Shown here: piece after piece, positions 44,536-56,081 of the stretch
How positions within the stretch are numbered: position 1 is the first letter of the stretch
How the letters are laid out: each line of letters begins with the position of its first letter
Notes under the pieces: generated by a model
Seen by the model: the letters and a program-made list of their open reading frames with translations, nothing else
Databases searched by the model: none
Told to the model about the DNA's origin: nothing
Position numbers and translations under genes: made by a program
Assembly: GCA_977862235.1 (NCBI GenBank)
Contig: OZ374565.1
Span: 1,054,001 to 1,118,000 of the forward strand
Direction: 5' to 3'
Length of the DNA stretch: 64,000 bases
Origin: Dudresnaya verticillata
Taxonomy: Eukaryota

Positions 44536-47097
44536 ATGGATAGGAACTATTTTTTCGTAGGACCCGACCCTACAGCCAAACCGTTTGTTCCAGCCGCGCA
44601 AGCCTCGCCTGCAGGCGTGTCCCGGACACAGGATGTCGACTGCATTCTCGACCAGGACATGCCCCATCGTCACAACTCTTCCTTTTACGAACCGCTGCCC
44701 GAACTTGCACCAATTGGTCAGGGGTCCCAAGCTTTCCTGGACCCCACATTGGGACTGAACCCGGTCTTCCCGGATGGAGGAAGCGTCATGAATCAATCCT
44801 TATTCGGAGTATCGCAGCACCTTCGCTCTCCGTACTTCCCCGCCCACGCGGAAGCTCCTCTGCCCTCGGCTGCTGCATGGCCTCTAGCGTCTGGTTCAAT
44901 ACAGCCGGAATCGTGGCCGTCCACGATGCAAGGGCAACCGTCATGGATGATGTGTAACGGACTATCGCAACATTCGAGCGTCGACCTTCTCGGTGTGAAG
45001 CAGCTTCTTTCATCGCTAACAGCAAATGCAAAAAACGCAGCAGCTTCCTGGTGTGCAGGGCAAGTGGAAAGTGCCTCTCAGATTCCAGGCCTTGGGGAGG
45101 CTTCATCGCACTCGCTGGGTATTCCGGGCATAAGTGGGGTCTCATCAAGTATGGTACCAGGGCTTGGCGTTCTCGCCCCTCACCAGACTAACCTGCACAA
45201 GCCTTTCCTTCCATATGATATCTCTGGGAATACCAACGAGTTGAGGATACCAGCAGCGATTCCTGGGCTAAGCACGGGCCCATACAGCCAAGGCCAGTTG
45301 CGAGGAGACGGGGTTTCTGTGAGGCCGAGCATCAGGCCCGGGGTACAGAACGTGCCGCTACACCTGTTGAGTTCATCTTCAGCACGCAGGGAGCATACCA
45401 GTGCGGCTTTGGATCCCGAATATGCGGCGCTAGCGTCCATGTCTGGTAATCTACCTTACTATGCATCTGTGCTGCCGCAACAGCAGCTAACAGGCCCACA
45501 ACAACATCCGACTTCATTTACAAGGCAACCGCTGGCAAACCAAATGCTACATATGGTCCCATCACAGGCGCATCAATCTCTAGCTGCACCAAACGTCGAG
45601 CATACCCTGCATCAGCAGCAGGCCCGACAGCCTCCCAATACTCCTCCCAGCCCTTCTAAAAGAGGTCCTGTACCACGAGGATCCAAAAAGCCTTCGAAGA
45701 GAACGAAGAAGAAGACCAAGAAATCTAAGGCAAATCGTTCTAACAAGGCTATTCGAGGAAACGCGGTGGAGTCTAACGAATGCGGCAACATTTCTGACTC
45801 ACTGCCCAGTACCCAAAGAGAAGCGATCAGGCCTAGCAATTACATTCAGCCCTCAAGCACTTCACAATGGAATCCTATTCCAGGATACATTAATGAAGGG
45901 GTTCATGCGCATCTTTCTGGCAGCCATCAAGGGAATCCGAGTGTGGACAGAAGGGTTTCAGTTTCTTCCAAAGTGGGATGCTTTGTCCCGGAGGACAACA
46001 GATATGTCCATGGCACATTCGAACATCAAGACCGGGAGGAATTCAAGAGTCAAGTCCCGATTTTCAGCGCTTTGAGCGCTGGTATTCACACCTGTGGTGA
46101 TAGAAATGGTGGATATGGTCCAGAACCCTTCTCTTCCCACGTGACCAGTGCTCAACGAAAGCTTCAAGAATTTTCCTACAACTCTGTTGAATGGCCGAAT
46201 GTTGGCTATCATCATGGACATTCAGAGCAACAGGATGCTGCAAAGCTTCCTATCCCAGCAGAAGTGACTCATGAAGAGCCTCGACTGGACAGACGCGAAT
46301 CCTTGTATCCCGTAAGTCCGCTTGGATCTTTTATTAACAGTATTTGGGATTCCGACCTCAAGACGAATGATTCCAAAGTCAGTTCAGGTGACGATGATGC
46401 AAGAGGCGGGCTTGGTACTACCTCAGACTTTCAAGAAGGCTCGCATAGTGTCAGAGGCGCATTAGTGCCAACAGTTGTTGGTAAGCCTCAGGGAAACGTT
46501 CAAGTCAACACTCAAGGCGATGTTCTTTCGCAACTTCTGAGTGTTGGGATCAACAGGCTGAGTATTGGGGACGAACGAGGATCTGCAACCCTAGCAACGG
46601 CTCAACGTGCCCCAGGTGAGAGTTGTAAAATATCAGAATCGCCCCCATCCTGGGCAGATGTGCTGAAAAAGAGCACCATGTCAACTCCGGAAGCTCGTGA
46701 AGAGGGGCAAACAAGGCTTGCGGAGGTTCAGAGGGAACTTTTCAAGACTGATTTTGCGGGTTTACAAACGGTACCAGCCTCATCTTCCGATGCAATGGCG
46801 ATTCACTCACCCTCCTTGATGGCAAGTACTCCAGATCTCAGTGCTATCCTAAAATCTGAGAAATCCAGTAGGAACGATTCCGATCGGCTAACATCTGGTG
46901 CATCTGGTCACAAAGAGGATTCAGATGGCTTCATATTGGTTACTAGGAAGAATAAGAAGCGCAATGAAAGCTTTTTGGATCACAGTAGCCCGATGAGAAC
47001 AAGTACTTGCGATAATGTTTCCAGTGTTGGAGGGGTCTCGCCGTTGAGCCGGGATTCTGGACTGGGCAAGCAACTTCCACATGTTAAACATGTGTAA
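44536..47097 (+). CDS. Hypothetical low-complexity protein (853 aa)
   Basis: 2.56-kb ATG-initiated ORF, Ser/Pro/Gln-rich, with a basic NLS-like stretch KKPSKRTKKKTKKSK. No domain recognised. Confidence 0.75.
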   Translation: MDRNYFFVGPDPTAKPFVPAAQASPAGVSRTQDVDCILDQDMPHRHNSSFYEPLPELAPIGQGSQAFLDPTLGLNPVFPDGGSVMNQSLFGVSQHLRSPYFPAHAEAPLPSAAAWPLASGSIQPESWPSTMQGQPSWMMCNGLSQHSSVDLLGVKQLLSSLTANAKNAAASWCAGQVESASQIPGLGEASSHSLGIPGISGVSSSMVPGLGVLAPHQTNLHKPFLPYDISGNTNELRIPAAIPGLSTGPYSQGQLRGDGVSVRPSIRPGVQNVPLHLLSSSSARREHTSAALDPEYAALASMSGNLPYYASVLPQQQLTGPQQHPTSFTRQPLANQMLHMVPSQAHQSLAAPNVEHTLHQQQARQPPNTPPSPSKRGPVPRGSKKPSKRTKKKTKKSKANRSNKAIRGNAVESNECGNISDSLPSTQREAIRPSNYIQPSSTSQWNPIPGYINEGVHAHLSGSHQGNPSVDRRVSVSSKVGCFVPEDNRYVHGTFEHQDREEFKSQVPIFSALSAGIHTCGDRNGGYGPEPFSSHVTSAQRKLQEFSYNSVEWPNVGYHHGHSEQQDAAKLPIPAEVTHEEPRLDRRESLYPVSPLGSFINSIWDSDLKTNDSKVSSGDDDARGGLGTTSDFQEGSHSVRGALVPTVVGKPQGNVQVNTQGDVLSQLLSVGINRLSIGDERGSATLATAQRAPGESCKISESPPSWADVLKKSTMSTPEAREEGQTRLAEVQRELFKTDFAGLQTVPASSSDAMAIHSPSLMASTPDLSAILKSEKSSRNDSDRLTSGASGHKEDSDGFILVTRKNKKRNESFLDHSSPMRTSTCDNVSSVGGVSPLSRDSGLGKQLPHVKHV

Positions 47098-48061
47098 CAT
47101 GACTATGCCGTACGGAGAGGATAGTTATTTGGCAAATATATCAAATCTATCCCGGGTGAGAAGGCTGACTTTGCTTTGCTTTTACTTGGAGCGTACCTGC
47201 TCTCAAACTTACAGGCAGCTTAGGAAACATTTTCCCTCTGCAGTGGAAGTAAAGAGTGGTGTTTATGCCCATTGAAGCATACTGTGACGATAAGCGCTTG
47301 CGCAAGGGAAAGAGATTCGCACGCTAACGCTCCGAGAATGCAACCGCTTGCACAGAAAGAACGGCAACACCTCGGCGATGCAATCACGCGTCGCGCGCCC
47401 GAGGTCAGTTGACTGCCCGCCGCAATGCGGTGGGGTTGCCAGCGGCTGGCCAACGGCCGTGCCGCTCGGACTCGGGCATCGTGGCTAAGAGAGCTCAGGC
47501 TCTCTGTTCGTGCCCCTATTTGGCGTAGCGACCTCGAGAGACCACCTCAGAAGGTAGTTAGTTGGTCTTGTTCTTCGTCCCCCGTTTTCCCTCTTCTGGT
47601 TGACGGTCCCCGGGACTCCCCCTTGATCAAGAGCATGTTGAATTGCCTTCCACGTTTGTGCCGCATGGGACAGGGTGCCCCTTTCACTTTACAGCGCTGA
47701 AGCAATAGCTTACAGTATTCGTCCACTCCGTTGACGAGGAGATGAGGTGTTGGGTGTCACAATACGCAGTACGAAGTAAGACCTCAAAAATACAAAAGGA
47801 CATCCACTGCTGCGGTATGTAACGGAGTAGGTTCGGAGACAATGCGTTTCACCGCAAAAGAAAAGACTCCGCTTGTGCATTCTCTCTATTCTGGGATTCT
47901 GTGCAGGTAGCTAAACACCGTTTGTAGGCACATGATGGTAAGAGGGTTTTCAAGCCTATTCTGCTTGCGACATTGGAAAGTCTGGGTTTAGAGGGTCCGG
48001 ATAGCACAAATCATGCGGAAGATAGACCAGAGGACGGGGTTTTCCGATTAGCAATCATCAG

Positions 48062-48136
48062 GGTAATGAGATTCAATACCACGATTCCAAGGGTTGCATT
48101 ACAACCCTTGGAATCGTGGTATTGAATCTCATTACC
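48062..48136. repeat. Perfect hairpin, 35-bp stem and 5-nt loop
   Basis: 48062-48096 is the exact reverse complement of 48102-48136. The loop is CATTA. Confidence 0.97.
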
Positions 48137-48141
48137 AATCT

Positions 48142-48207
48142 GACAGGGAGGGGTAGGGGCACTTGAGAGATTGGACAGGGAGGGGTAGGGGCACTTGGGA
48201 GATTGGA
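48142..48207 (+). repeat. 32-bp G-rich tandem duplication
   Basis: gacagggaggggtaggggcacttg(a/g)gagattg occurs twice. Confidence 0.93.
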
Positions 48208-48840
48208 AATGTGCAGAGGAACAAGCACAGTGCTATCTCCCTGTCGCGGCTGGATTCTACCTTTAGGGGCAATAGAAGAGGGTCTCGTTTTGAGTGAAGA
48301 GCAATCTGATATTGAGTTCTTCGGCTTCGGAATCAGAGGGGTTTTGGCCAAAATTCTACGAAGTTGCAAGGGTGGGCTATTTTCGCGCGATTGTGGCTGT
48401 GTGTTGCGCATTGTGGCCGGTCTATTGTCGCAAACCTGGGGTTTGTCCCTACGTGCCTTCGGAGCGTATGTCGAACGGAACGCTCACCGGCGCCCGCGTT
48501 TTCGCAGAAACAGAAAGGGTCGAGGGGCTCGTGTCGGCCGAATATCACTTTCCCCGCAGCTGTGAATCATGAGGTTGTGTGAGGGAGGACTCCTCGATTT
48601 TCTGTTTGATTTCTCCGATTTGCCGCCACACGTTGGGAATGTAACGCCCGTCGCACCGAACTTCGCTCAGTTCAGCCGAGCTTTGCCGCCCATGCAAGCA
48701 GTATTTGAGGCCTTTTGTTTTCCATACTGGCCTGGGTCAGCAGAAGGACAGCCACAAGAATCTCTTCCGACATCACCCCCGTAGGTGAGCCTAGTTGACC
48801 ATCCCAACAACAGACGACTGCGCGTCCGTGGTCAAGCAAT

Positions 48841-49293
48841 ATGGATCAGAAGCGCTTCCCGAGCTATAGAAGAATGTCAAATGAAGATAAAGTCGCCTAC
48901 CACGAGGACCGGAACAAGCGTCTACAGGAAGAGCTCGACTACCACAGGGAGCGTCAAAAGAAGTTGGCCGAGGAAGATTTGTCACGTCGTACCAGGACCC
49001 GGAATTCCAAAGCAGAAACCTCGGTGCGCAAGCCGCCCCGTTTTCCAGCACCGTATTCAGTGAAGCGTGAAGAACAGAGTGATGACGAAAGCAGCTCCAA
49101 AGACGAAAAGAAGAAACTACCCAAGCTTACCATCACTTTGAAGAAGACTTCTAGTCCGAACAAGGCTAGAAAACAGAAGAAGAATTCGGCCCAGAAGCCG
49201 AATAATGGTACAGGATCAGGAAGAAAACGCGCTCCAGGTCTGGCCAAGTCGCGCAATGTCGTTGCAGATGACTGCAAAACTGGTCAAGTTTAA
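48841..49293 (+). CDS. Small coiled-coil, Lys-rich hypothetical protein (150 aa), paralog 1
   Basis: ATG ORF. The protein is conserved with the copy at 52127 (KRLQEE..YH..RQ.K..EE and KPPRFP.P.SVKR). Confidence 0.65.
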   Translation: MDQKRFPSYRRMSNEDKVAYHEDRNKRLQEELDYHRERQKKLAEEDLSRRTRTRNSKAETSVRKPPRFPAPYSVKREEQSDDESSSKDEKKKLPKLTITLKKTSSPNKARKQKKNSAQKPNNGTGSGRKRAPGLAKSRNVVADDCKTGQV

Positions 49294-49543
49294 CTTCATG
49301 AGGCTAGGATTAGAGTGCAGCCGCATCGGCGGTGAGGACCTATAGGTAGATCAACTTCGCGACGATCCTGAGTTAGGGTGAGGGTCACAAGATGCAGTTT
49401 CGATGGTTGTGAAATCGCCGGGTTTCAGGAGTCACGTTGTTTGAAGTCATGGGGCCTAACTGATGGGACAGTGGAAGTGGTTCATGCAGCGCGATGAATT
49501 TTCTATGGCGCTAGGCTTGATGGGGCACTGGTTCCAGAGAAGC

Positions 49544-49703
49544 CACTGAATGCAGCGTCAAAGCGGGCGGCAAAAATTGTGAGAGCAGGAGGGATTGGGC
49601 TGGTCTTTCGTTTCGTTCCTACCGTTCCTACGGAAACGAAATGCCAGCCCAATCCCTCCTGCTATCCCAATTTTCGCCGCCCGCTTTGATGCAGCAGTCA
49701 GTG
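49544..49703. repeat. ~160-nt imperfect fold-back
   Basis: cactga..gc.gcgtcaaagcgggcggc...agcaggagggattgggctgg pairs with ccagcccaatccctcctgct...gccgcccgctttgatgc.gc..tcagtg. Confidence 0.92.
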
Positions 49704-50689
49704 ACAAAGCTTCGGTGGTATGAACCAGTTGCGAGTGACAGATCCAAAGATTCCTCCATCTCCACTCTCTTCACGCCTGGATCTCTGCGGCCTAGCAACA
49801 CTCGGATTTATCGCCTCTAGGAAGGCTATGCTTGGAAGATTATACGAAGACGTCCGTCAGCGTGTGTTTGAAAGCCATGGTGTTGTTGTGATGGTAAACA
49901 TTTACTAATTGTTTAGGGTGGTCCCGCACGGGCAACTAAGACCCATTAGCAGGCGCACCAGCACAAAGTGCCAGGGAAGCAAAGAGTAATACGCAAGGAA
50001 GAGGGCTAATCGGCGGTGGGGAAGCGGTAGGGGTGGTCACGAGGAGGGTAGTGGGGCCGGGAACTCTGCAGCACAGATATGCCTGATGGTCGCGATGGTT
50101 CTGGACACGGATTGGAGATCAGCTGCAGTAGGGTGGAGGGACGATAGTGTGCGAAGGACTTGAGTGTGGGTGCGCAGTAAGCTGCGTTTGGTAGGACACG
50201 AGGGGGGAATTGGGAACGTACAAAGGTGCCAACGGATGGCCAAAAGCCGGTCGCGGTGATCTGGAAGCATGAGGGCCGGCACAAACTGGGACGGGGAAGG
50301 GGCAGCAAGGCGACTCCCGTGTAGAGCTTCCTGCCATTCCAACGAGCATTGGGCCAGCAACGCCGAGCGTGACAGCGGGTTTTGTAGTGCTTTGTCCAGC
50401 GCAGGGACATGGTGGAGGGCGTGGAGTGTCTGTCGAGCTTACCAACCGGCAGGAGAAGAGTTCTTTGACCGGCAGTGCAGGGAGGTAAGGAGTTGGTGCT
50501 GCAGCGTATTAACGTAGTGTATTTTATTTGTTGTTTAACGTGGTCCTGCGTAGGCGCCTTTGGCCCATTTGCTGGCACACGGTCGATTGATGGGCGGGGA
50601 GTGATACACTACGGAATGGGGATGTGGTGGTGGGCGGGTCTGTCTACTGGGTGGCATGCGGTGAGGGGTATTCTTCGAGGCATATGAGA

Positions 50690-51760
50690 GGAGACCTTTA
50701 TTAAAGAACAAGAGAGAAGCCCCTTAAGGGGGCTTAGGATTCAGAGCTACCATAAGGAGGCGGAGGAGCAAGCTTGCGGCGGTTGACACTCACCGCGACG
50801 CATTGGAGAACTAAAGAGAGTAAACGAGCAGTGAGGCGAAGTTTCTCCGTAGACGGAGAGGTCCCGCCCTTGCTGGCAATGAAATTAGCAATAGGCGCCA
50901 ACTTCAAAGCCAAATCCAACACGGCCATAGACATCTACAACCATAGGATGGAGAACCATATCCAAACTAGCGCATACGCGGCGGTAATGAGAGCGTTTGA
51001 CACGTTCGCGAGTTGCAATGGCTTGGCCAGCAACGCGACCAGTTGAACCATGAATAGAATGGGGACTGACGACCGAGACATCAAATCCATGGGGGTGAGG
51101 GGCAAAGCCACGATCATCAACGAAAATATCCATACGCATATGCGATCGCAGACGTGGTCGGCAGCGGATGGGTCGGGATCTTGGAGTGACTGCAGTGACA
51201 GTGTCCGTGCGTGCGATCGCACCTCGAGGCGGGCGGCTGGACAGCTGGGTGGGATCATGGTGCTATAAATCGCAGTTCCGCGGCGTCGTAAAGAGCGTGA
51301 GTGCTCGCGATCGAATTACAATGGGGGCCTTGGAATTTGAGAGGGTCAGTGCACAAAAGTACGGTATGAGCGTGACATTGCAAGGTGCCGCTAAAGCGCT
51401 AATTGTAACGCATAAGGGCGTTGCAAGAAGTGGAGGTGCGCGTGGCGAAAACGTACCGACCAAACAAGTGGGTACGCAGGTCCCCGGCGACCGTCGCCCC
51501 AAGGCACTCCCGACCGCCAGGATGTCTAACTCGGACAGCTTGTCCGAATGATAATAGCGAGCAGGGCCGGTGGGTATTTCCTTCCTCGTGTCCCAAACCG
51601 CGATGGTGGACGATTGGTTATCGGAAGACATCATCGAGGCGAGTGAGCGCGATACTGGAGGCACTGATTGGGTCCTGCCGTGACTGGGCCTTCCCGTCGG
51701 CAGCGTTTCGGACTGCGATCTCCCGTCTCATCAGGCAGTAATGAAACAGCCAAAGCAACA
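50690..51760 (-). mobile_element. 5'-truncated, decayed non-LTR retrotransposon with restriction-like endonuclease (CRE/NeSL-type)
   Basis: RMDIFV...FDVSVVSP...AIATRERVKRSHY...PMVVDVYGRVG matches the RLE C-terminal motifs. A degenerate Cys/His knuckle lies near 51300-51430. The 3' end has a hairpin aagccccttaagggggctt and AATAAA near 50700. The 5' boundary is approximate. Confidence 0.75.
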
Positions 51761-52126
51761 CAGTGTTGGTTCAAGACGCCTTCCGTTCAGCACATCCTTC
51801 CATTATCCGAGCAGAAAGAGCCCTGGAGGGGCTACGGAGCGGCGAATATGACTTCTGGACGAACGACGGCGGATCGTGAGGCTACTAGAGGGGAGGCCAG
51901 GCCTTGCGCCAAAATTTCATTTTTTTTCTCTTGGAACGCAACATTCGCCGCGCCGCGCTTTTCCGTACCGTGCAGGCCGTTGTTGATGTCTCCTGTTTTC
52001 AGTGTGGGCCTGGGTCAGCAGAGAACAGCCATAAGAATTTCTTCTGGTATTGCTGTTGTCCCCGTCGAAGCTGGACATTGTTCGCCATCCCAAGAGCAGA
52101 CCACAATTCGTCTGTAGCGAAGCAGA

Positions 52127-52521
52127 ATGGACCAGAACGGCTTCTCGAGCCATAGCCGAATGTCGGATCAGGAAATACTCGCCTACGAGCTGGACCGGAG
52201 CAAGCGCCTGCAGGAGGAAATCAAATACCACCTGAACCGCCAGGAGAAGATATCCGAGGAGAAAGAGCGCGCACGTCGTGCCGGGACCCCGCAGCCCAAA
52301 GCAGTGGCATCGCCGTGCAAGCCGCCCCGTTTCCCACGCCCCGATTCAGTGAAGCGTAAAGAGCCCAGGGGTGGTGCAAGCAGCTCCAAAACCGAGAAGA
52401 AGAACTTACCCTAGCTCACCACTACCTTGAAGAAGATTTCCAGTCCGAACAAGGCTAGAAAGAAGAAGAGGAACTTTTCTAATTCCTCTTCTGATAAGGA
52501 TTCATCTTCTTCCACACGGTA
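52127..52521 (+). pseudogene. Paralog 2 of the small coiled-coil gene, with a premature stop at 52412
   Basis: Aligns with 48841-49293. TAG replaces AAG at 52412 and similarity continues (LTTTLKKISSPNKARKKK). About 200 bp upstream is also homologous. Confidence 0.7.
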
Positions 52522-53842
52522 GTCAGGACGCTTATCAGGATCGCAAGGTGGCTTACGTTTCCGAAGACCTGAACAGATCTGACAAAAGTGACAGTCCAAT
52601 TCTTTATCTTTGGTATCACGGTTTAATGCGCGTGTCAACGTAGTCGAGACGTACTGCATATCCAAGAGCATGCATCATGTTTGGATATTGAAGGGGCTTT
52701 CCGCCAAGGTATTGAAAACGTAAAAGAGGCGTTATAGTTCTCTGTGAACCCGGGAAGGGATCTGCTCTACAATAAGCTCGAAGCCTGCTATCCGCTTCTC
52801 CCTTGGTTTCTATCTGAATAACACATGCGGAGCCAACACTTGTACCCTACCTTGCACCCACAGAATGAGCTTAGCGCAGGTAAGGGAATTTATCACGGTA
52901 GCAGTCTTCCATGCGTCAGCGGATGTCGAGAGAGGATAGTAACAGCGATTGTCGGAGCAGAGGTGGAACGCATGAGCTCCGAACGTGATCGAGCTGCGAA
53001 TCCTATCCTGATCCCGAGCAGGCTTAGTACGTCCGCATTGTAACGCCCTGTGCCTCGCTGAGCACCGTCAGAAGTGTGGACAAAGCCCTCTGTACTTGCA
53101 CCGTGGATTAGAAGTTGCTTTTACCGTCGCGCGCTGTCCGTCAGCAAGCTAGCTGAAAACAGGGCAGATCTCGCGTCGAGACAGGAGAGAAAAAGTGCAG
53201 CACAAGATCGTCGTCCGCTGTCAAAAGAGAACCCGCAACAGGAAGCGACGAGAACCCTCAACCTCCGCCGGCATATTTGAACCTACCTGGCCCGACTCTG
53301 GGGCACTGCCCGTAGCGGCGCGTTGATCCGCTTCGGACCATGGTAGCCCGGCCCCTTTGACATGGCGGTAAACTGTGCCCACGACCACGGCGACCGCGAT
53401 GGAAGGGCGTTTCCTTCTGTAGCTCTGCGTTCACATCAGCCAGTGACCCCCGAGCGAGTGCCGCCCCCATGCTGCCTTTGCGCTGCACCACTACGAATAG
53501 CCAGTAAATCTTAGATCATCTCCTCGAACGGGCACAGGAAGCCGTATCCCCTCTGCCAGCACTTCGATCTGCAGCCGCTGCTAGCTCCACATTGTCCGGT
53601 CGGGCGGTAGACTTACCCTACACGTGGAGAGGGGCCGCGACGGAAGGTTTTTGACTTCTCGTGTATTGCAATTGATTAAGCAATCCAGCTCCTAAGCGAA
53701 CGACACCGCGAAGGGCCACAGCATTCGAGATCTAGCAGAGGTTTGGTCTGCTGCCACGGCAGCCTTCAACCTGGGCTGCATGCGTATACGGGTACCCGGG
53801 CCGTAAACTTACGATACGAGCGGCGAGGGAATTCGAAGATAG

Positions 53843-54190
53843 GGTGTTGTGTTTTGGTGTTCTGAGGTTCGCGTCAGCAGGCGACTGTGAAATGACCCCG
53901 TCCAAAGCGAACGAGCACCGCGCGGCGTCACAGTATGCAGAATGGCTGTTCGTTTGGCTCTCTGTAGGGGCACTACCCCTCCGGCTGGACGTAGATCAGC
54001 TGCAGCTGCTGGTAACCCCAGCGTGTCTGGCCAGGCAGCAAAATTGGCTTACGCGCAACGACGGACCGCGACGGAAGGGTGTTGCATTCTGGCGTTCTGT
54101 GTTTGATTCAGCAGTCGAGCGTGCCTCGAGCAAGCGAGCACCAGGAGACGTCACAGCATGCAGCGCGGCTGTTTGTTTGGCTCTCTGTAA
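53843..54190 (+). repeat. Diverged ~120-bp direct repeat (53843-53967 and 54078-54190)
   Basis: Shared cgagcacc....cgtcacag.atgcag...ggctgtt.gtttggctctctgta. Confidence 0.8.
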
Positions 54191-55002
54191 CGGAAAGGAA
54201 GCCATTCGAGGAGAAGAATACCATTCGCCAATCATGGCCTCGCCTTCATCCATGTGGACAAGTAGTATTGCAGAGCTCCACACAAGAGGTGAGATATTCT
54301 GCCAAGTGGGCGAGTAATAGTACACGATCAGGAAAGCAAAGCGCATCACGTCCTGCCAAGTGGAGCGCTACCGTTACAAATGAGAGCAAAACTGGCGACT
54401 TGCAGCCCGAACAAGGCGCTTCATTGGCTTCTTCCTGTTCGGATTTATTTTAATCCCACAATCTTGTCCGCAGTTCACGTCTCACAATTCGAAAGTCAGC
54501 AGCCAACTGGAATTTATTTATCTTTCTATTGTCATCGTGGCGTCAGCTCCACAGCCCTCCCTTGCGGAGTTTTGACGCCACTGCCGTCACCGCCAAACCG
54601 GTGCAGTTGTCTCCTTTCTGGAAGCCCCAACCACCGGCGGCCAAGTGGCCAACCGCAATCGGATCAGTCAATTGGATTGAGCCCCGACTCCCCGACGTCG
54701 TCGGTGACCGTTTCGACTCGCCGGGCTCGAGCAGGCGCCTACACAGAAATTTCTCGGCTTATAAAGCTCAACGCTGTACCCTCCCCGCACCCTCCCCGAT
54801 CGCTCTACCGTTCCTTACCGCCCACATCCTACTCCCTCTTCCTCCGCCGGTACCCGCCTCTCCGCTTCTTGACACTGTTTCGGAAAATCGTCGTCGACAC
54901 ATCTCCGCCCCCTTCGCTTCTCCGCCTTCATTTCCCGACCTGGTTCCAATCTACGCCTCATCCGCACCCTGTGGCAGCCTCGCTCTCCTTGAAATAACCA
55001 GG

Positions 55003-55700
55003 TCCGCCGACTCCGCTGACTCCGCCGACTCCGCCGACTCTACCGATGCCCGCATTCCGCATTCCGCATTCCGCATTCCCCACTGCCCACTGCCCACTGC
55101 CGCTTTCCTCTTCTCACTGACCTCTGCCCACTGCCGCTGCCCGCTGCCCACCGCCCACTACCACTGACCGCGGCCTACTACTACGCACTTCCAACCGGGC
55201 ATTACCACTGCCCGCGCCTTCCACCACTGCCCACCGCCCCACTACCACAACCCGCGGCCTACTACTGCCCCCGCCCACCGGCCATTACCACTGCCGCTGG
55301 CCACTACTGCTTACTCCCACCGCCCACTACCACTGACCGCGGCCTACTTCTACGCATTGCCAACCGGGCATTGCCACTGCCCTCCTTCCACTACTGCCCA
55401 CCGCTCACTACCACGACCCGCCGCCTACTACTGCTCCCGCCCACCGGCCATTACCACTGCCGCTGGCCACTAATGCTTACTCCCACCGCCCACTAGCACT
55501 ACCCGCGGCCTACTACTGCCAACCGCCCACTGGGCATTACCACTGCCCGCCGGCCACAACTACCTACTGCTCGAGCAGTGATCACTGCCCACTTTCCACC
55601 GCCCACCTCTCACTGCACACTTCCGACTTCCGATTGTCGACTGCGGACTACCAACGTCCAACTGCTCACCACCCACTATCCACCTCCCACTGTATACTGC
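55003..55700. repeat. Compound micro/minisatellite with higher-order structure
   Basis: (ccgactccg)n, (gcattcc)n and (cactgcc)n, then ~83-bp units ccaccgcccactaccac..ccgcggcctact near 55148, 55231, 55317, 55398 and 55483. Alternate units are more alike. Confidence 0.9.
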
Positions 55701-56081
55701 CCCTGCCTTTCCTTGTAGGCTGCTCAAACAGTTACACCGATCTCTGCTTCCCCATTCATCTAACGGCACCTCATTCTCCCATCATTGGGCCTCGACAACA
55801 CTCACCCTCGTCGGAATTACTTTCTTGGCCCTTGGCGCCTCCTCGTTGGACTTCTCAGCCTGTCCGTCTTCACGGAAGCATTCATCGCTTCCTGTTCTTC
55901 TTTACTTCCTCGCGCGAACAAAAGCGCTTCTCCTGGTGCACCGGAAGCCTTTCAGAGGTTCCGCATCTTCAACGCTTGAGCCTTTCGACAAGCTTCGCAT
56001 CTATTTGTTCCTCCGTCGGATCTTTGCAGGGAATCTAGCACACCTCTCAAGTCAACCCAGCGGCGTGCTTGAGTACATATC

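Noticed and set aside
55148..55560. CRISPR-like array
   Set aside because: Intervening sequences are themselves repeats, no cas genes are present, and the context is eukaryotic.
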